Program-made: the position numbers and the translations under genes
Notes under the pieces: model-generated
Told to the model about the DNA's origin: nothing
Database searches by the model: none
The model's input: only the letters and a program-made list of their open reading frames with translations
Origin: Saccostrea cucullata
Lineage: Eukaryota
Direction of reading: 5' to 3'
Length of the DNA stretch: 64,000 bases
Assembly: GCF_032062105.1 (NCBI RefSeq)
Contig: NW_026931375.1
Coordinates: 372,001-436,000 of the forward strand
Part shown: piece by piece, positions 39,111 through 51,003 of the stretch
Layout: every line of letters begins with the position of its first letter
How positions within the stretch are numbered: the first letter of the stretch is position 1

Positions 39111-41087
39111 CATTTTTTTTATTTCTTGGTTTACGGATCCGCCGACCTGATTTTTTTTAAGTCTCATGAATTGATTGAGTACTTTGGATTAGAGGAAATT
39201 ATTTTTCTTTTCTTTTTTTTTTTAAAAATTAAACTAAATTCTAGATCAGGTTTGGCATAGGACATTTATATGTTCTTTCAATGTAGCTCTTAAATATAGC
39301 AGTATATACACGTACCCCTGTAATACGTCATGTGTATATAAATCTGTGAAAATTTTGATAATCTAAATTTAAGGCTCATAAGGTACGTAAACATTGGGTT
39401 TGGGAAATGTTTTGCAGTTGAATTAAGTTGCAAAAAAATCAAGTCCAGTGAAATTTTTAGGTGGGAGCTAGTTTAAATGCATGTAAACGGAGAAAGAAAT
39501 AGAGAAAATAACAGACTTTTAAAAGTTTTTTTTTCAATGGATGGTACTGTAGCTCTAGGTTTTCCATCCCAATTTTTCTGATCAGAGCTGCAGTCTTGCA
39601 GCTATATGTAACGAGCAGGTGAACTTAGGTGTTAGTTTTTATATATAGCATGCATTTTATTCTTCTACATAGGTATCATAAAAAGAAGAGAATAATTATT
39701 AAGTAGAAAATAGAAGGAAAGAAGAGAATTAAATTAATTTTCACCCAAATTGCAAAAAAAAACAAAACAAACAAACAAAAACAAAAAAAAAAACAAAAAA
39801 CAAAAAACATTTCTTTCAAACATAGATGTTTAATAAATTAAAACTAATAATGAATTTTGTGCAACAAATTAATTATGTGATGTACTGTAGTTGACGGATT
39901 TAGAATGGTCCTGATTGGGATTTTTAAAATTTTGATTATACACATGTATATGCATATATATGTATATACATATAGTATGTACAAAATTCATGATCTGCAT
40001 TTAAAAAATCTAGTAAGCAATATATTATAGAAAATATATTAATTATGGAATAAAAGATATTGAAAACTTGATACATTTTAGAATGCGTACAGTTACAGGT
40101 ACATATATGCAGCAGCATGTGCAAAACTTTTGACATTGGTGTAAACAATTTTCAATTAATGCAATTTTTAAGGTTACAATTGCAAGTATTTTGAATTTAA
40201 AAGCATATGCCTCTGGCCTCTGATTTGTTAATCATTTTTACAGAAATAAAGTGAATAAGTGTGCAAATTTAAGTTTAAAAACATTAATTAGAAAGAATCT
40301 ATCTCATAGTAAAAAGTTTAAATCCCCCCCCCCCCCCCTCAAGTAGAAATTGAAACTCTATATTAATGTTTGTTTCATCTAAAAGATGACTTAGTCTTAG
40401 ATCATGATTATATCATGCGATCATAATAAATTACTGCTTAATTTTTTGGTAATGAACACAAAGAAATTTTGACAATAAATATTACATTTAAAAAGAAAAA
40501 ATTAAAGTTAACAAATAAGATTACTTTTATAAATAAAGTTCATCTACTTTTTGGGGATTACTTTAGGATATGAGCTAATTTTATATTTACAGCAAATAAT
40601 GTATAGAGGCAGTTGTGCAAATAGGAAAATTAATGAAATATGTTGTGGAGGGGTGGGGGTCAACTGAAATGCTGTTGTATGTGTACTGTATAAATTAGAT
40701 CTATGGAATCTGAGGAAGATCAGGTGATAATCCACCTGGTATACACGTACCTATGAAGTCACATGTTTATTGTTCTCCTGGCCAGGTGTCACACTGTAAA
40801 ACCTTCCAATTCGCATAGAATATACAAGAAATATACAGTTCTTTTGTCATGTTCAGGAAAGGTGTGAAAAGTAGAACGGGTCTTTTAATTTGCAATGAGG
40901 TAAACTTGTTTGGAGGAGCTAGGGTTCACAATTATTTTGAACCAGATTTTGGTCTACATTGCATGTACATATTTTTCACCATTTCCCCCCTTGGAATAAA
41001 GGTTTTGAATAACAAATTTTAAAAAAATATTGATTCATTTGTTAAATTTAAAAAGTATGTGACCCCCTTCCTTACTACAGCATGTAA

Positions 41088-41201
41088 CACAGGCACTTGA
41101 TGTTTTAAACCTTTCTTTTGCATAAATAAAAAATCCACTATGTATTATACAAAGTAATTTTTTATGAAAATGAAGAAAGTTTAAAACATCAAGCACCTAT
41201 G
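41088..41201. mobile_element. 114-bp MITE with CACAGGCAC terminus and 8-bp TSD (P-element-like)
   Basis: GCATGTAA|cacaggcacttgatgttttaaac ... gtttaaaacatcaagcacctatg|GCATGTAA. Confidence 0.75.
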
Positions 41202-41291
41202 GCATGTAAATAACATTTTTTTACAATCAAGTTTTACAAAAAAAAATATATACATATAAAATGGTGTGGCATTCTTCCTTAAGCCAGAACA

Positions 41292-41325
<34 letters not shown>

Positions 41326-41764
41326 AAGAGCAAGCGTTGTTCATGTGATACGCATATCAGTATTGTACATATTTGTCCATCAATAATGACAGTTTACAAA
41401 CATAAGAATTAAATTTAAGCTATTAACACCAAAAAAAAAAGTGAAAAAATTCCCTATTTTTTTAAGACTATGAAACCTAAATTAAATTTTGGGGGGATTT
41501 GATGGGTTTATTAATTTTGTTAGAACTTTATACAATATTATAGATATTTATATCAGTGACTCCATGTCTCCTTCTCCATTTTTTTTCTTTGCGACAGGAA
41601 ACAAGAACTTATAAATATAGCCAAACAAAACAGAGAGAAAGAGAGGAAAATTATTTTTTTTAGTAAGATATTCTGTGAATCAACCTCAGATAAGATTATG
41701 TTTTAGAAAATGTTTTAGCCAGGTTTCAAAATACTGAGAAAGAAATGAATAAAAACTGCTAAAA

Positions 41765-42070
41765 AACTAGAGGTACTATGAGCAATGAGCTCACTAAATG
41801 ATATACCCCCCCCCCCCCCACCCATATGAATAAAATGGCTGTGTCCATGTTTTCCTCTGGAAAATCCAAAATATATGTCAGATCAAAAAGTAAAATAAGA
41901 GGTGCACAATGGCAATATGTAATAAAGATCCTGTGAAAGTTTCATTAAATTTCCTTCAGTGGTAATTGAGAGGAGTTGCGGATAAGAGATGGGTACGTAC
42001 CCCAAAGCGTAACAGACGGACGGAAATACGGATTTCTATATACCCTCCCGCTTTTCAAGCGGGGGTATAA
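41765..42070 (+). mobile_element. Short Helentron-type element
   Basis: aactagag start; GACG/GGAC microsatellite ~42013-42025; 3' hairpin tataccctcccgc-ttttcaa-gcgggggtata. Confidence 0.6.
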
Positions 42071-43483
42071 TAAACATAATCCCCATATTGGATTGGTGCA
42101 AACCTAAATTTACAAGCCCCACTGTATTTTTCTACTATAATTGTTCAGGCACTGTGTGCATGCTTTTGAAATCATGATGAAAATGCCAGGGGCCCATTTC
42201 ACAAAGCCTACTTAGGACTATCTCTTAGGAAGGAACTTTTTCCTAAGTTCATTACTTATATGTTTCACTAACCTGTTTCTTATCTTAGGATATTCCTAAG
42301 TTATGTCGTAACTTTAGGAAAGGTAAATCAATGACTTAGGATGAAACTAAATATTGTGACTGCATATCCAAAATTTCTTATGGAGAGAGAGAATGTGTTT
42401 GGGGAGAGAAAATTCAATGAACTACTAGTATATGGATGATTGATTTTTCTCCAGGTCAAACTGCTTTACTTTGCACGGAAATACTAGGATTTCAATAATT
42501 GGCAAACAATTGTGTCAAAATTAGTCCAAAGTATATAAAAATAACAGTTCACAAAACTGGAGTTGGCGAAATAGATGTACACATACTGGAATAATTCCCC
42601 ATCATTTGAAGAGCACGCCTTTGTTAACAAAAAATAGCATATGATATGATCCAATTGTTAAACATGCATGCATACATAATGTTTTTATCTACATGTACAT
42701 GTATATTTATTTATATATTACTAGTATTTTAATGGATATTAAAGGTACTTGGACACAGATTTGCATGAAGTCAATATTTTCGCTATAATATCACGACTTA
42801 CATATTTTAATTAATTGCATTTCACACAAAAATTAATTAAAAATCTTATTTCATTTAAAAGTTATTAAAACTTCAAATATTTTGGCGGGTTTGTTTGACA
42901 CATCCTTGCACTTGCACACTCATGTTATGTACACAGTTTTTGTGAACAGGGCACGAGTTCTATTATTATTGATGTTTACAATTCACCGGGTGCATTCAAT
43001 GGTTACAGATTGCTTACCACAACTGCACGGACTGACAATATATTGTGTGTTTGTTTTGCTTTCGAACATTCCGAGTTTTCTGGATTAAAGTATTAATATT
43101 TTTCATTTTTACACAATGAGATTAATTGCCACTTTTCCTAAGGATTAAGAATAGAATTAATTTGTTAAAGAGCAAGGATGTGTCAACTTGCTCCTTCCAA
43201 AAGTGATTAATTTCCTGGCCCCTTGGACAGAGGTACTTGGGAGGGGGGGTTAACATAGTCTGAAATAATCTAATGCTTTGAAATCTGCACATGATGAAAT
43301 AATTTTTTTTTTAAATTCCAAAATTTTGAAAGATGTGGCCCCAGGGTCAGTGGTTCCTGTGGGATGGGGAGCTCAACTGTGGACCCGCCCTAACACAAGA
43401 AGCCCTGACCCAGGGGCCCTGAAATTCACTAAAAGTCGAAATACATTTTCTCTTTGTTACTCTGATCTACCTCTGGGTATTAA

Positions 43484-44153
43484 GGTAGTCCGATCCTCAG
43501 GTTTATAAAATTAGCAGTTAAGTAATCAAAAATACTCATAAGAGTATCTCTGAATCCACAAAGTTATGTAAATTTATCCACAGTATTTCTTTTACGTTAA
43601 TGATTAAAGTTAATCATATTATATAGGGAAAATTTTCAAATCTCCAATATTTTTGCAGAAAAAACGAATTGGAATATATGCAATGCTTTTTCTAATTGCA
43701 TATTGATCAACAAATATATTTTAGGTTAAAAAATGATAGGTATCCAGGCATTCGGAGAAATTGTCATGATTTTTATACTTATTTAGTAATTTTTTGTCTT
43801 CTATTTCCGTCACGTATTCTATAATACATAGTGTAAAAGGCTTTTGTTATCATTGAAAGACATCACAAATCACTTCTCATTTCATATCATGCTAATAAGC
43901 ATTGATATCTATGGCTGGATTCAAGAAAATCTTATTTCTCTAAAACTGTATTAATTTTTTCTCCTTTTATAGGGTACAAATGTCAACTTTTATAGGACCT
44001 TTTCTAAAACTTCCAAAGAGCTTGAATCTTATAAAGATAAATAAAATGAAAATTGTTGCATGAAAAAATTTAATTTGTAAGCTTCATTTTGATGCAATTC
44101 AGTTTAAATATTAATTTTTGGAGTTATCCTTCCTGGCTGAGGATCGGATATCC
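43484..44153. mobile_element. MITE with TTAA TSD (Kolobok-like)
   Basis: TTAA|ggtagtccgatcctcag ... ctgaggatcggatatcc|TTAA. Confidence 0.75.
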
Positions 44154-45509
44154 TTAAGTAACCAAAATAAGCATGCCGAGTGTATAATTATGATAAGCAA
44201 TGGTGCCTCTTTCAAAATTGTGAATTTCATGGCCTCTAGATTAAAACATGAATCAAATTCAATTGTTGGAAAGTTGTTGCATGAGAGCTTACTAAGGCGA
44301 AATGGGAATGCTAGATTTTACAGTTAAGGCGAGATGGGAACAAACCCTCAGGTGACCTACATATCATTTATGTATAAGGCCCATAATAAATAAGTCAATT
44401 TTTCAATTTTCATGATCTTCCTGTATTGCAGTGTTGACAATGAACATGATGAAAGAGTTTACTAGGTTCATTTGAATGATTTTCACTAATCCTTTATAGT
44501 TTATATTTTGTGACATCACTGCATGTGTTAGTGAAAGTTTTATTTTAACTAAATTCTTTCTCAGATTGTGCAAACTTAGCTACTAGATTAAATTACAATT
44601 GAATATTGTACATTATCATTAAAATCTTAATTAAAAACTAAGCACGGATTGTAACTGATAAAGTTAATCTTTAACAGAAAGTAAATGGACATATTCATGT
44701 AAGATTTTTAACTTTTAAAATTCTAAAACTAAGCATTAATGTAAAGCAATGTGAGGTTAGTTTGGTTTCAGTCACCATTTTGGCATCCACAGTTACATCT
44801 GCGGATTTTCTAAAGGCCATGACCTAGATCTAAACAAATGCACAGATCCCGTGATGCATTATATGGTATATGGCATGGCTTTTTTGACACTGGTTTCCAA
44901 AATCATATTCACATTCCTGCCGGTGGCCGTAGACGTAGTGGTAATTGGAGATAATCTGTAGTGTGAGCCATGCCCCAAGATATGGGTCCATATCGGCCTA
45001 GTAGACCATAAAGTATCAGTCACATTATCCAGCGATGGGGTATACTATGGGCAACCGATGCGTTTTTTGATAAAAATGGTGTGGTTGCCAGCCGGACTTA
45101 CAAAAGCCCAGCGTTGAATTGCTAATCTTAAAATGTTTTAGGGTAACCGGTCAATGTACAAATGTATATTACATTGCTCATACATTGGTTAGTCTGTCGT
45201 CTATGGGCCAATGTTTGTTTGAACATGGACCAATGATCGGCTGATGTCTGTTGCCCACCACTCAACCCCCAACGACATCAGATTCAACGGACAGTTGATC
45301 GGCCATCCATCAGCCAATCTTTGCATTTAAGATGTGTTAATGATGGATTGCTGAAGAGGAGATATGTGGGGCATTGGTGGAGACATTGCTGATTTTTAAC
45401 TACAACTTACCAGTATTTTCCACCAATGACCCCCCATCGATTCACCAAATGACATGGGTTTCTCATTGATAGTACATTTGTATACCCCATCACTGGATAA
45501 TGTGACCAA

Positions 45510-45871
45510 TAGGGCTGGGCAATAATATCGATATTTCAATATACATGTATTGCGATACAATAACAAAAAATATCATATCGCTGTACGATTTTGTAATATT
45601 GATATATTAGCAATATGCTTAGATTCAGGAATTTTGTCATTAAATAAAAAAATGGACTTATGGAAGTTTGTTATTAAGCCAAACAGTAAGACAGAAGTTG
45701 TTTTGTGGGAACATTCCAGAGCTTATCATAGTTATATGTACATTCTGCATGTAAATTAAAGTAAATATGATAAGAAAATTCTATATAAATTACATTGAAA
45801 ATATTGCAATACATATCGCAATACAGTAAAAAATATCGCAATATGAAATCAGGGGCCAATACACAGCCCTA
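45510..45871. mobile_element. hAT-type MITE with perfect 8-bp TSD
   Basis: GTGACCAA|tagggctg ... cagcccta|GTGACCAA; internal ATATCG/CGATA motifs. Confidence 0.85.
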
Positions 45872-46007
45872 GTGACCAATATTAAAAGTACACTATTTTT
45901 GTTAACTAAACCCAATGCCATCTGAGTTGCTGGTATAAAGACGAATAATGACTTTCAAAGAATAATGATCGGGAGTCAATTTTCAAATGTTCAAAAATTC
46001 CAATCTC

Positions 46008-48058
46008 CTAAAACCTTGTATCCATTATTTTTAATTTTAACTTAGAAAATTTCAGCCTTCTAAACCCTTGTATCCATATCTTATAGTTTTGTAACCTGCT
46101 GTACCCATGTGTACCCTTTGTACCCACTGTACCCTGAGCATCGGCTCCATAATTTTTAATTTTAACTTAGAAAATTTCAGTCTCCTGAACCATTGTATCC
46201 ATTTCTTATAGTGTTGTAACCTGCTGTACCCATGTTTACCCTTTGTACCCACTGTATCCTGAGCATCCGCTTCATTATTTTTAATTTTAACTTAGAAATT
46301 TTCAGTCTCCTGAACCCTTGTATCCATTTCTTATAGTGTTGTAACCTGCTGTACCCATGTGTACCCTTTGTACCCACTGTACCCTGAGCATCGGCTCCAT
46401 TATTTTTAATTTTAACTTAGAAAATTTCAGCCTTCTAAACCCTTGTATCCATTTCTTATAGTGTTGTAACCTGCTGTACCCATGTGTACCCTTTGTACCC
46501 ACTGTACCCTGAGCATCAGCTCCATTATTTTTAATTTTAACTTAGAAATTTTCAGCCTTCTAAACCCTTGTATCCATTTCTTATAGTGTTGTAACCTGCT
46601 GTACCCATGTGTACCCTTTGTACCCACTGTACCCTGAGCATCAGCTCCATTATTTTTAATTTTGACTTAGAAAATTTCATCCTTAAAATCTAAACCCTTG
46701 TATCCATTTCTTATAGTGTTGTAACCTGCGGTACCCATGTGTACCCTTTGTACCCACTGTATCCTGAGCATCAGCTCCATTATTTTTAATTTTAACTTAG
46801 AAATTTTCAGTCTCCTGAACCCTTGTATCCATTTCTTATAGTGTTGTAACCTGCTGTACCCATGTGTACCCTTTGTACCCACTGTACCCTGAGCATCGGC
46901 TCCATTATTTTTAATTTTAACTTAGAAAATTTCAGCCTTCTAAACCCTTGTATCCATTTCTTATAGTGTTGTAACCTGCTGTACCCATGTGTACCCTTTG
47001 TACCCACTGTACCCTGAGCATCAGCTCCATTATTTTTAATTTTAACTTAGAAATTTTCAGTCTCCTGAACCCTTGTATCCATTTCTTATAGTGTTGTAAC
47101 CTGCTGTACCCATGTGTACCCTTTGTACCCACTGTACCCTGAGCATCGGCTCCATTATTTTTAATTTTAACTTAGAAAATTTCAGCCTTCTAAACCCTTG
47201 TATCCATTTCTTATAGTGTTGTAACCTGCTGTACCCATGTGTACCCTTTGTACCCACTGTACCCTGAGCATCAGCTCCATTATTTTTAATTTTAACTTTA
47301 GTTAGAAATTTTCAGCCTTCTAAACCCTTGTATCCATTTCTTATAGTGTTGTAACCTGCTGTACCCATGTGTACCCTTTGTACCCACTGTACCCTGAGCA
47401 TCAGCTCCATTATTTTTAATTTTGACTTAGAAAATTTCATCCTTAAAATCTAAACCCTTGTATCCATTTCTTATAGTGTTGTAACCTGCGGTACCCATGT
47501 GTACCCTTTGTACCCACTGTATCCTGAGCATCAGCTCCATTATTTTTAATTTTAACTTAGAAATTTTCAGTCTCCTGAACCCTTGTATCCATTTCTTATA
47601 GTGTTGTAACCTGCTGTACCCATGTGTACCCTTTGTACCCACTGTACCCTGAGCATCGGCTCCATTATTTTTAATTTTAACTTAGAAAATTTCAGCCTTC
47701 TAAACCCTTGTATCCATTTCTTATAGTGTTGTAACCTGCTGTACCCATGTGTACCCTTTGTACCCACTGTACCCTGAGCATCAGCTCCATTATTTTTAAT
47801 TTTAACTTAGAAATTTTCAGCCTTCTAAACCCTTGTATCCATTTCTTATAGTGTTGTAACCTGCTGTACCCATGTGTACCCTTTGTACCCACTGTACCCT
47901 GAGCATCAGCTCCATTATTTTTAATTTTGACTTAGAAATTTTCAGTCTCCTGAACCCTTGTATCCATTTCTTATAGTGTTGTAAACTGCTGTACCCATGT
48001 GTACCCTTTGTACCCACTGTACCCTGAGCATCGGCTACATTATTTTTAATTTTACTTA
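46008..48058. repeat. 125-bp tandem array (~16 units) with a 760-bp higher-order duplication
   Basis: Near-identical units, each with four TGTACCC motifs spaced 9-10 bp. The ORF track recurs every 125 bp. A variant unit (catccttaaaatctaaaccc...cctgcggtacc) appears at ~46677 and ~47437. Confidence 0.97.
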
Positions 48059-48384
48059 TATAGATGTTACACTGTCTTCCTACCACTGGGAAGCATCTAC
48101 TTTCGTTTTCAGTAGGAATAAATAGTGTACCCTTTTTGTAACCTTTTCTCCATACATTTAATAAGGGTGTACCCTAGGGTACAAAAGTATCACCTAAAAA
48201 CGCAGTACCAATTTCTTGCCATATCTAACACAAACTGCAGTAAATGTCCACCTTGGTGTCATCTCTATATTCTGTTTACCGTGCCACTATTCATTAGCAA
48301 AGCAACCGCCTTCTCAGATGTCTACCAATGCATTCCAATTCTTTAAACACAACAGGATTGGATATCAGCATTGTTTAACAATAC

Positions 48385-48465
48385 CTTCCACGATTATCTT
48401 CTCATCGGTTCAAAACCGGAACGTAAATAATGACGTCGCATGGATACGATGCTATACCGGAAATG
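48385..48465. promoter_or_regulatory. Putative bidirectional promoter (CCDC60-like / MS4A-like) with RFX X-box, CRE and ETS motifs
   Basis: Minus-strand donor GAAG|gtattg at 48384; CCGGAA at 48416 and 48457; TGACGTCG at 48431; X-box-like GTCGCATGGATAC at 48435-48447. Plus-strand candidate 5'-UTR donors (gtaagt) at ~49007 and ~49205. Confidence 0.55.
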
Positions 48466-49598
48466 CAGAATGATTTAGATGATTTCTGTTTTATTTCCCA
48501 TTGCAAAACATTGAAATGTTAACAATTGTATAAAAACAGTCAGCTTCGCTTACTACATAAAATTTTGACTTTAACAATATTAATTATTTTAAAATTTTTA
48601 ATAAATAATTTGCCGGAGAGCATTATCTTGACCGGTTTTAACATTTAGATAATTTTAGATAAGTTGTACCTGATCTTTTTTTCGCAATGTATAACACTGG
48701 ATCCTGCTGTTAAAAAAATAAATGATGTATTTTAAATATAATTCCATTTATAAAAACGCTATGAAAGTAATATTATTTTCTAAAAAAAAAAATACAAAGT
48801 TTGTTTATTGTATTTTTGTATGGCACGAGTTGTCTAATTCCGAACGACCCTTTCTTTCACATGACATTTTGTAGTTCATCAACTTTCAACTTTCAAGCTT
48901 TTAATTTGAAATCGAGCTCACATGACACAGAGAGTATAGTCTGCTTAGCGTCGAGTTGTAATTGTTAAAAAACCATAAAGGTCAAGTGCATCATCATGAA
49001 ACTACAGTAAGTAAGTAATTATTTTTTGTACTGTTTACAAAATTTAATGGATATCTATCTCAGTATCTGTCTATATACAGAGCTGAGCTGTCTTAATTCC
49101 TTACATGTGGGTTTAGACATACATGTCTAAACCTTGGGTTCTGAGAAAGGAAGAAGCATTTAAAAATCAGAATAAGGGTGGAGAATCATTTTGAAGAAAA
49201 ATCAGTAAGTAAGGCCTCTACTATAATATAATATGATGTGAACTATATATATAATAATATATGATGTGACTTATCTCAGCAAGATGTCGAAGGAACTAAA
49301 AATTTGGTCTGGTGTCCCTCAACATCTCAGCCCAGTTTCACATAAAGTGATTGGGTTTTTTTTCCCGGACTTTGACCACGTGTTTCAATCAATACAAGCT
49401 GAAAATTAATTAGCTGCCTGCTTCAACTTTTTCCTATGGACATCCTTTTAAATCTTCATCACTATAAAACTTAAGTTTCTTATCTTTAATAAAAGGTTTA
49501 AACCCAACAAAGTATAAAGTTTCATAGAAATATCCCATTCGTCTAAACCTATGATGCTGAAGAGTTCCAGAAATAGTCTGCTTCAAATACCTCATTCT

Positions 49599-50602
49599 TA
49601 GGGATGTGCGATTTTATCGGTATACTGGTATATTGTGATTTTTTGTTGTGTGAAACATTTCCTGATAGGGAGACCTAATTACCGGTCTTTAGGTACATAT
49701 TTTAAAGTCCAGAACAGGGTTCAACATTAACGTTAGTCCATTAGTCTCAGACTAATACATTTTCATTTGGACCAATAAAAATTGCAGCTGATTAGTCCGA
49801 ACGGACTAATGAAGTTTTCTGGGAAAAAAAAGAATTTACCGATGTTCAAATTTTCAACAACTTTCACTGGAAAACCCTGTTTTTATTTTTAGCTTTCTAG
49901 CTTCTTAGCAGGAAGTTAGGTAATTCTGAGTCAATTCGGCACTTAACTTTAGGACTCATTGGTATGATATCAAACATTTTAGCAATCATGATTTAGGATG
50001 ACACATAAAGAAAGATGTCGGATGTTTAGATGATGTAATCATGTATGGAGAAAAATGAATGAGATCGGGAATACGATCGTAGTTCCTGATTGTGAGATTT
50101 CAACGAATTCTTCTTATAAAAAAAATGATAAACTTTTCATGTAAATGCTTTGTTTATTTCAAAAAGTATAAAAAGTACATTGCAACATAAATTCTATTTA
50201 TTTATTTTTATTTTTGACGGACTCATAAAATTGCCCGCGGACTAGTAAAAGTAAAGAAGCACTAGTCTGGCCAGACCAAAGCCTAAAAATTTTAGTGTCG
50301 AACACTGCAGAAATTATTCAATTTTTTGTTCAATCTTTCAAATTGCAATTGCAGAAAATAAAAAAAAATGTTGTAAAAAGTGAAAAGAACAGCATCTTAC
50401 TGTCCAAACATAATTGATTTTATATACATAAAAATTTCAAGAAAGTAAAATTTTGTTTTCCTAGCATATTTTTTAGAAAAATAATGACTTTTCATATAAA
50501 ATCATTGTAAAAACTGCTTTTAAAAATATCATATTATCGTGATACTGTGGGAAAAAATTGTGATATATCACGATACAAAATTTTTGGCGATGCCCATTCC
50601 TA
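49599..50602. mobile_element. hAT-type MITE (8-bp TSD) with a second TIR element nested inside
   Basis: CTCATTCT|tagggatg ... cattccta|TTCATTCT. Nested element cagggttcaaca ... tgtcgaacactg at 49715-50307 with TAGTCC/GGACTA subterminal motifs. Confidence 0.7.
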
Positions 50603-51003
50603 TTCATTCTACTGCTATTTCGTATAGAAATGAACTATAGTACGAAGCACTGTATGTATACTTTAAGAAGCGGGCTTCATGAATACAGCTAAGAAATCAT
50701 TTACACATACAATACACTGAACGGACATGAGTTACCCTAATTCATGATTACGCAAATAGCTCCATACCCAGTGATTATGCCAAATTATGTATACATAGGT
50801 ATTGTAAAGTAGTGGCAATTATTTTTTTGTATCTTTTAAGCTTCTGAAAAAACTAAATATTCACAATAACTGAAGTTCGGCCCGGAAATAATATGTCCAG
50901 ATTATTGTTGTCTGGATTAATGAGGCTCCACTGTTACAGCTTTTTAGGTCACTTCTCATGCATTGCACATTCTTACTTTTTAACAAGGGAATGACAGAGA
51001 GCC

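Larger units (their letters stand above)
37533..48224. mobile_element. Large (10.7 kb) TIR-bounded putative non-autonomous DNA transposon with nested elements and a 125-bp subterminal array
   Basis: 37533-37591 is the reverse complement of 48166-48224 (59 bp, 1 mismatch), with weaker similarity extending ~130 bp inward. Both ends contain the palindrome TGTACCCTAGGGTACA. ATAT at both junctions. No transposase ORF seen. Confidence 0.65.

Noticed and set aside
42188-42350. Harbinger-like terminus (ggggcccatttcacaaag with repeated cttagga motifs)
   Set aside because: Only one end found, so the element cannot be delimited.
46052-48086. Series of 66-89-aa ORFs (MGTKGTHGYSRLQHYKKW...) resembling a tandem peptide gene family or collagen-like G-X-Y
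   Set aside because: Artefact of the 125-bp repeat. The period is not a multiple of 3, the ORFs overlap in shifting frames, and the G-X-Y pattern comes from 9-bp spacing of GGGTACA.
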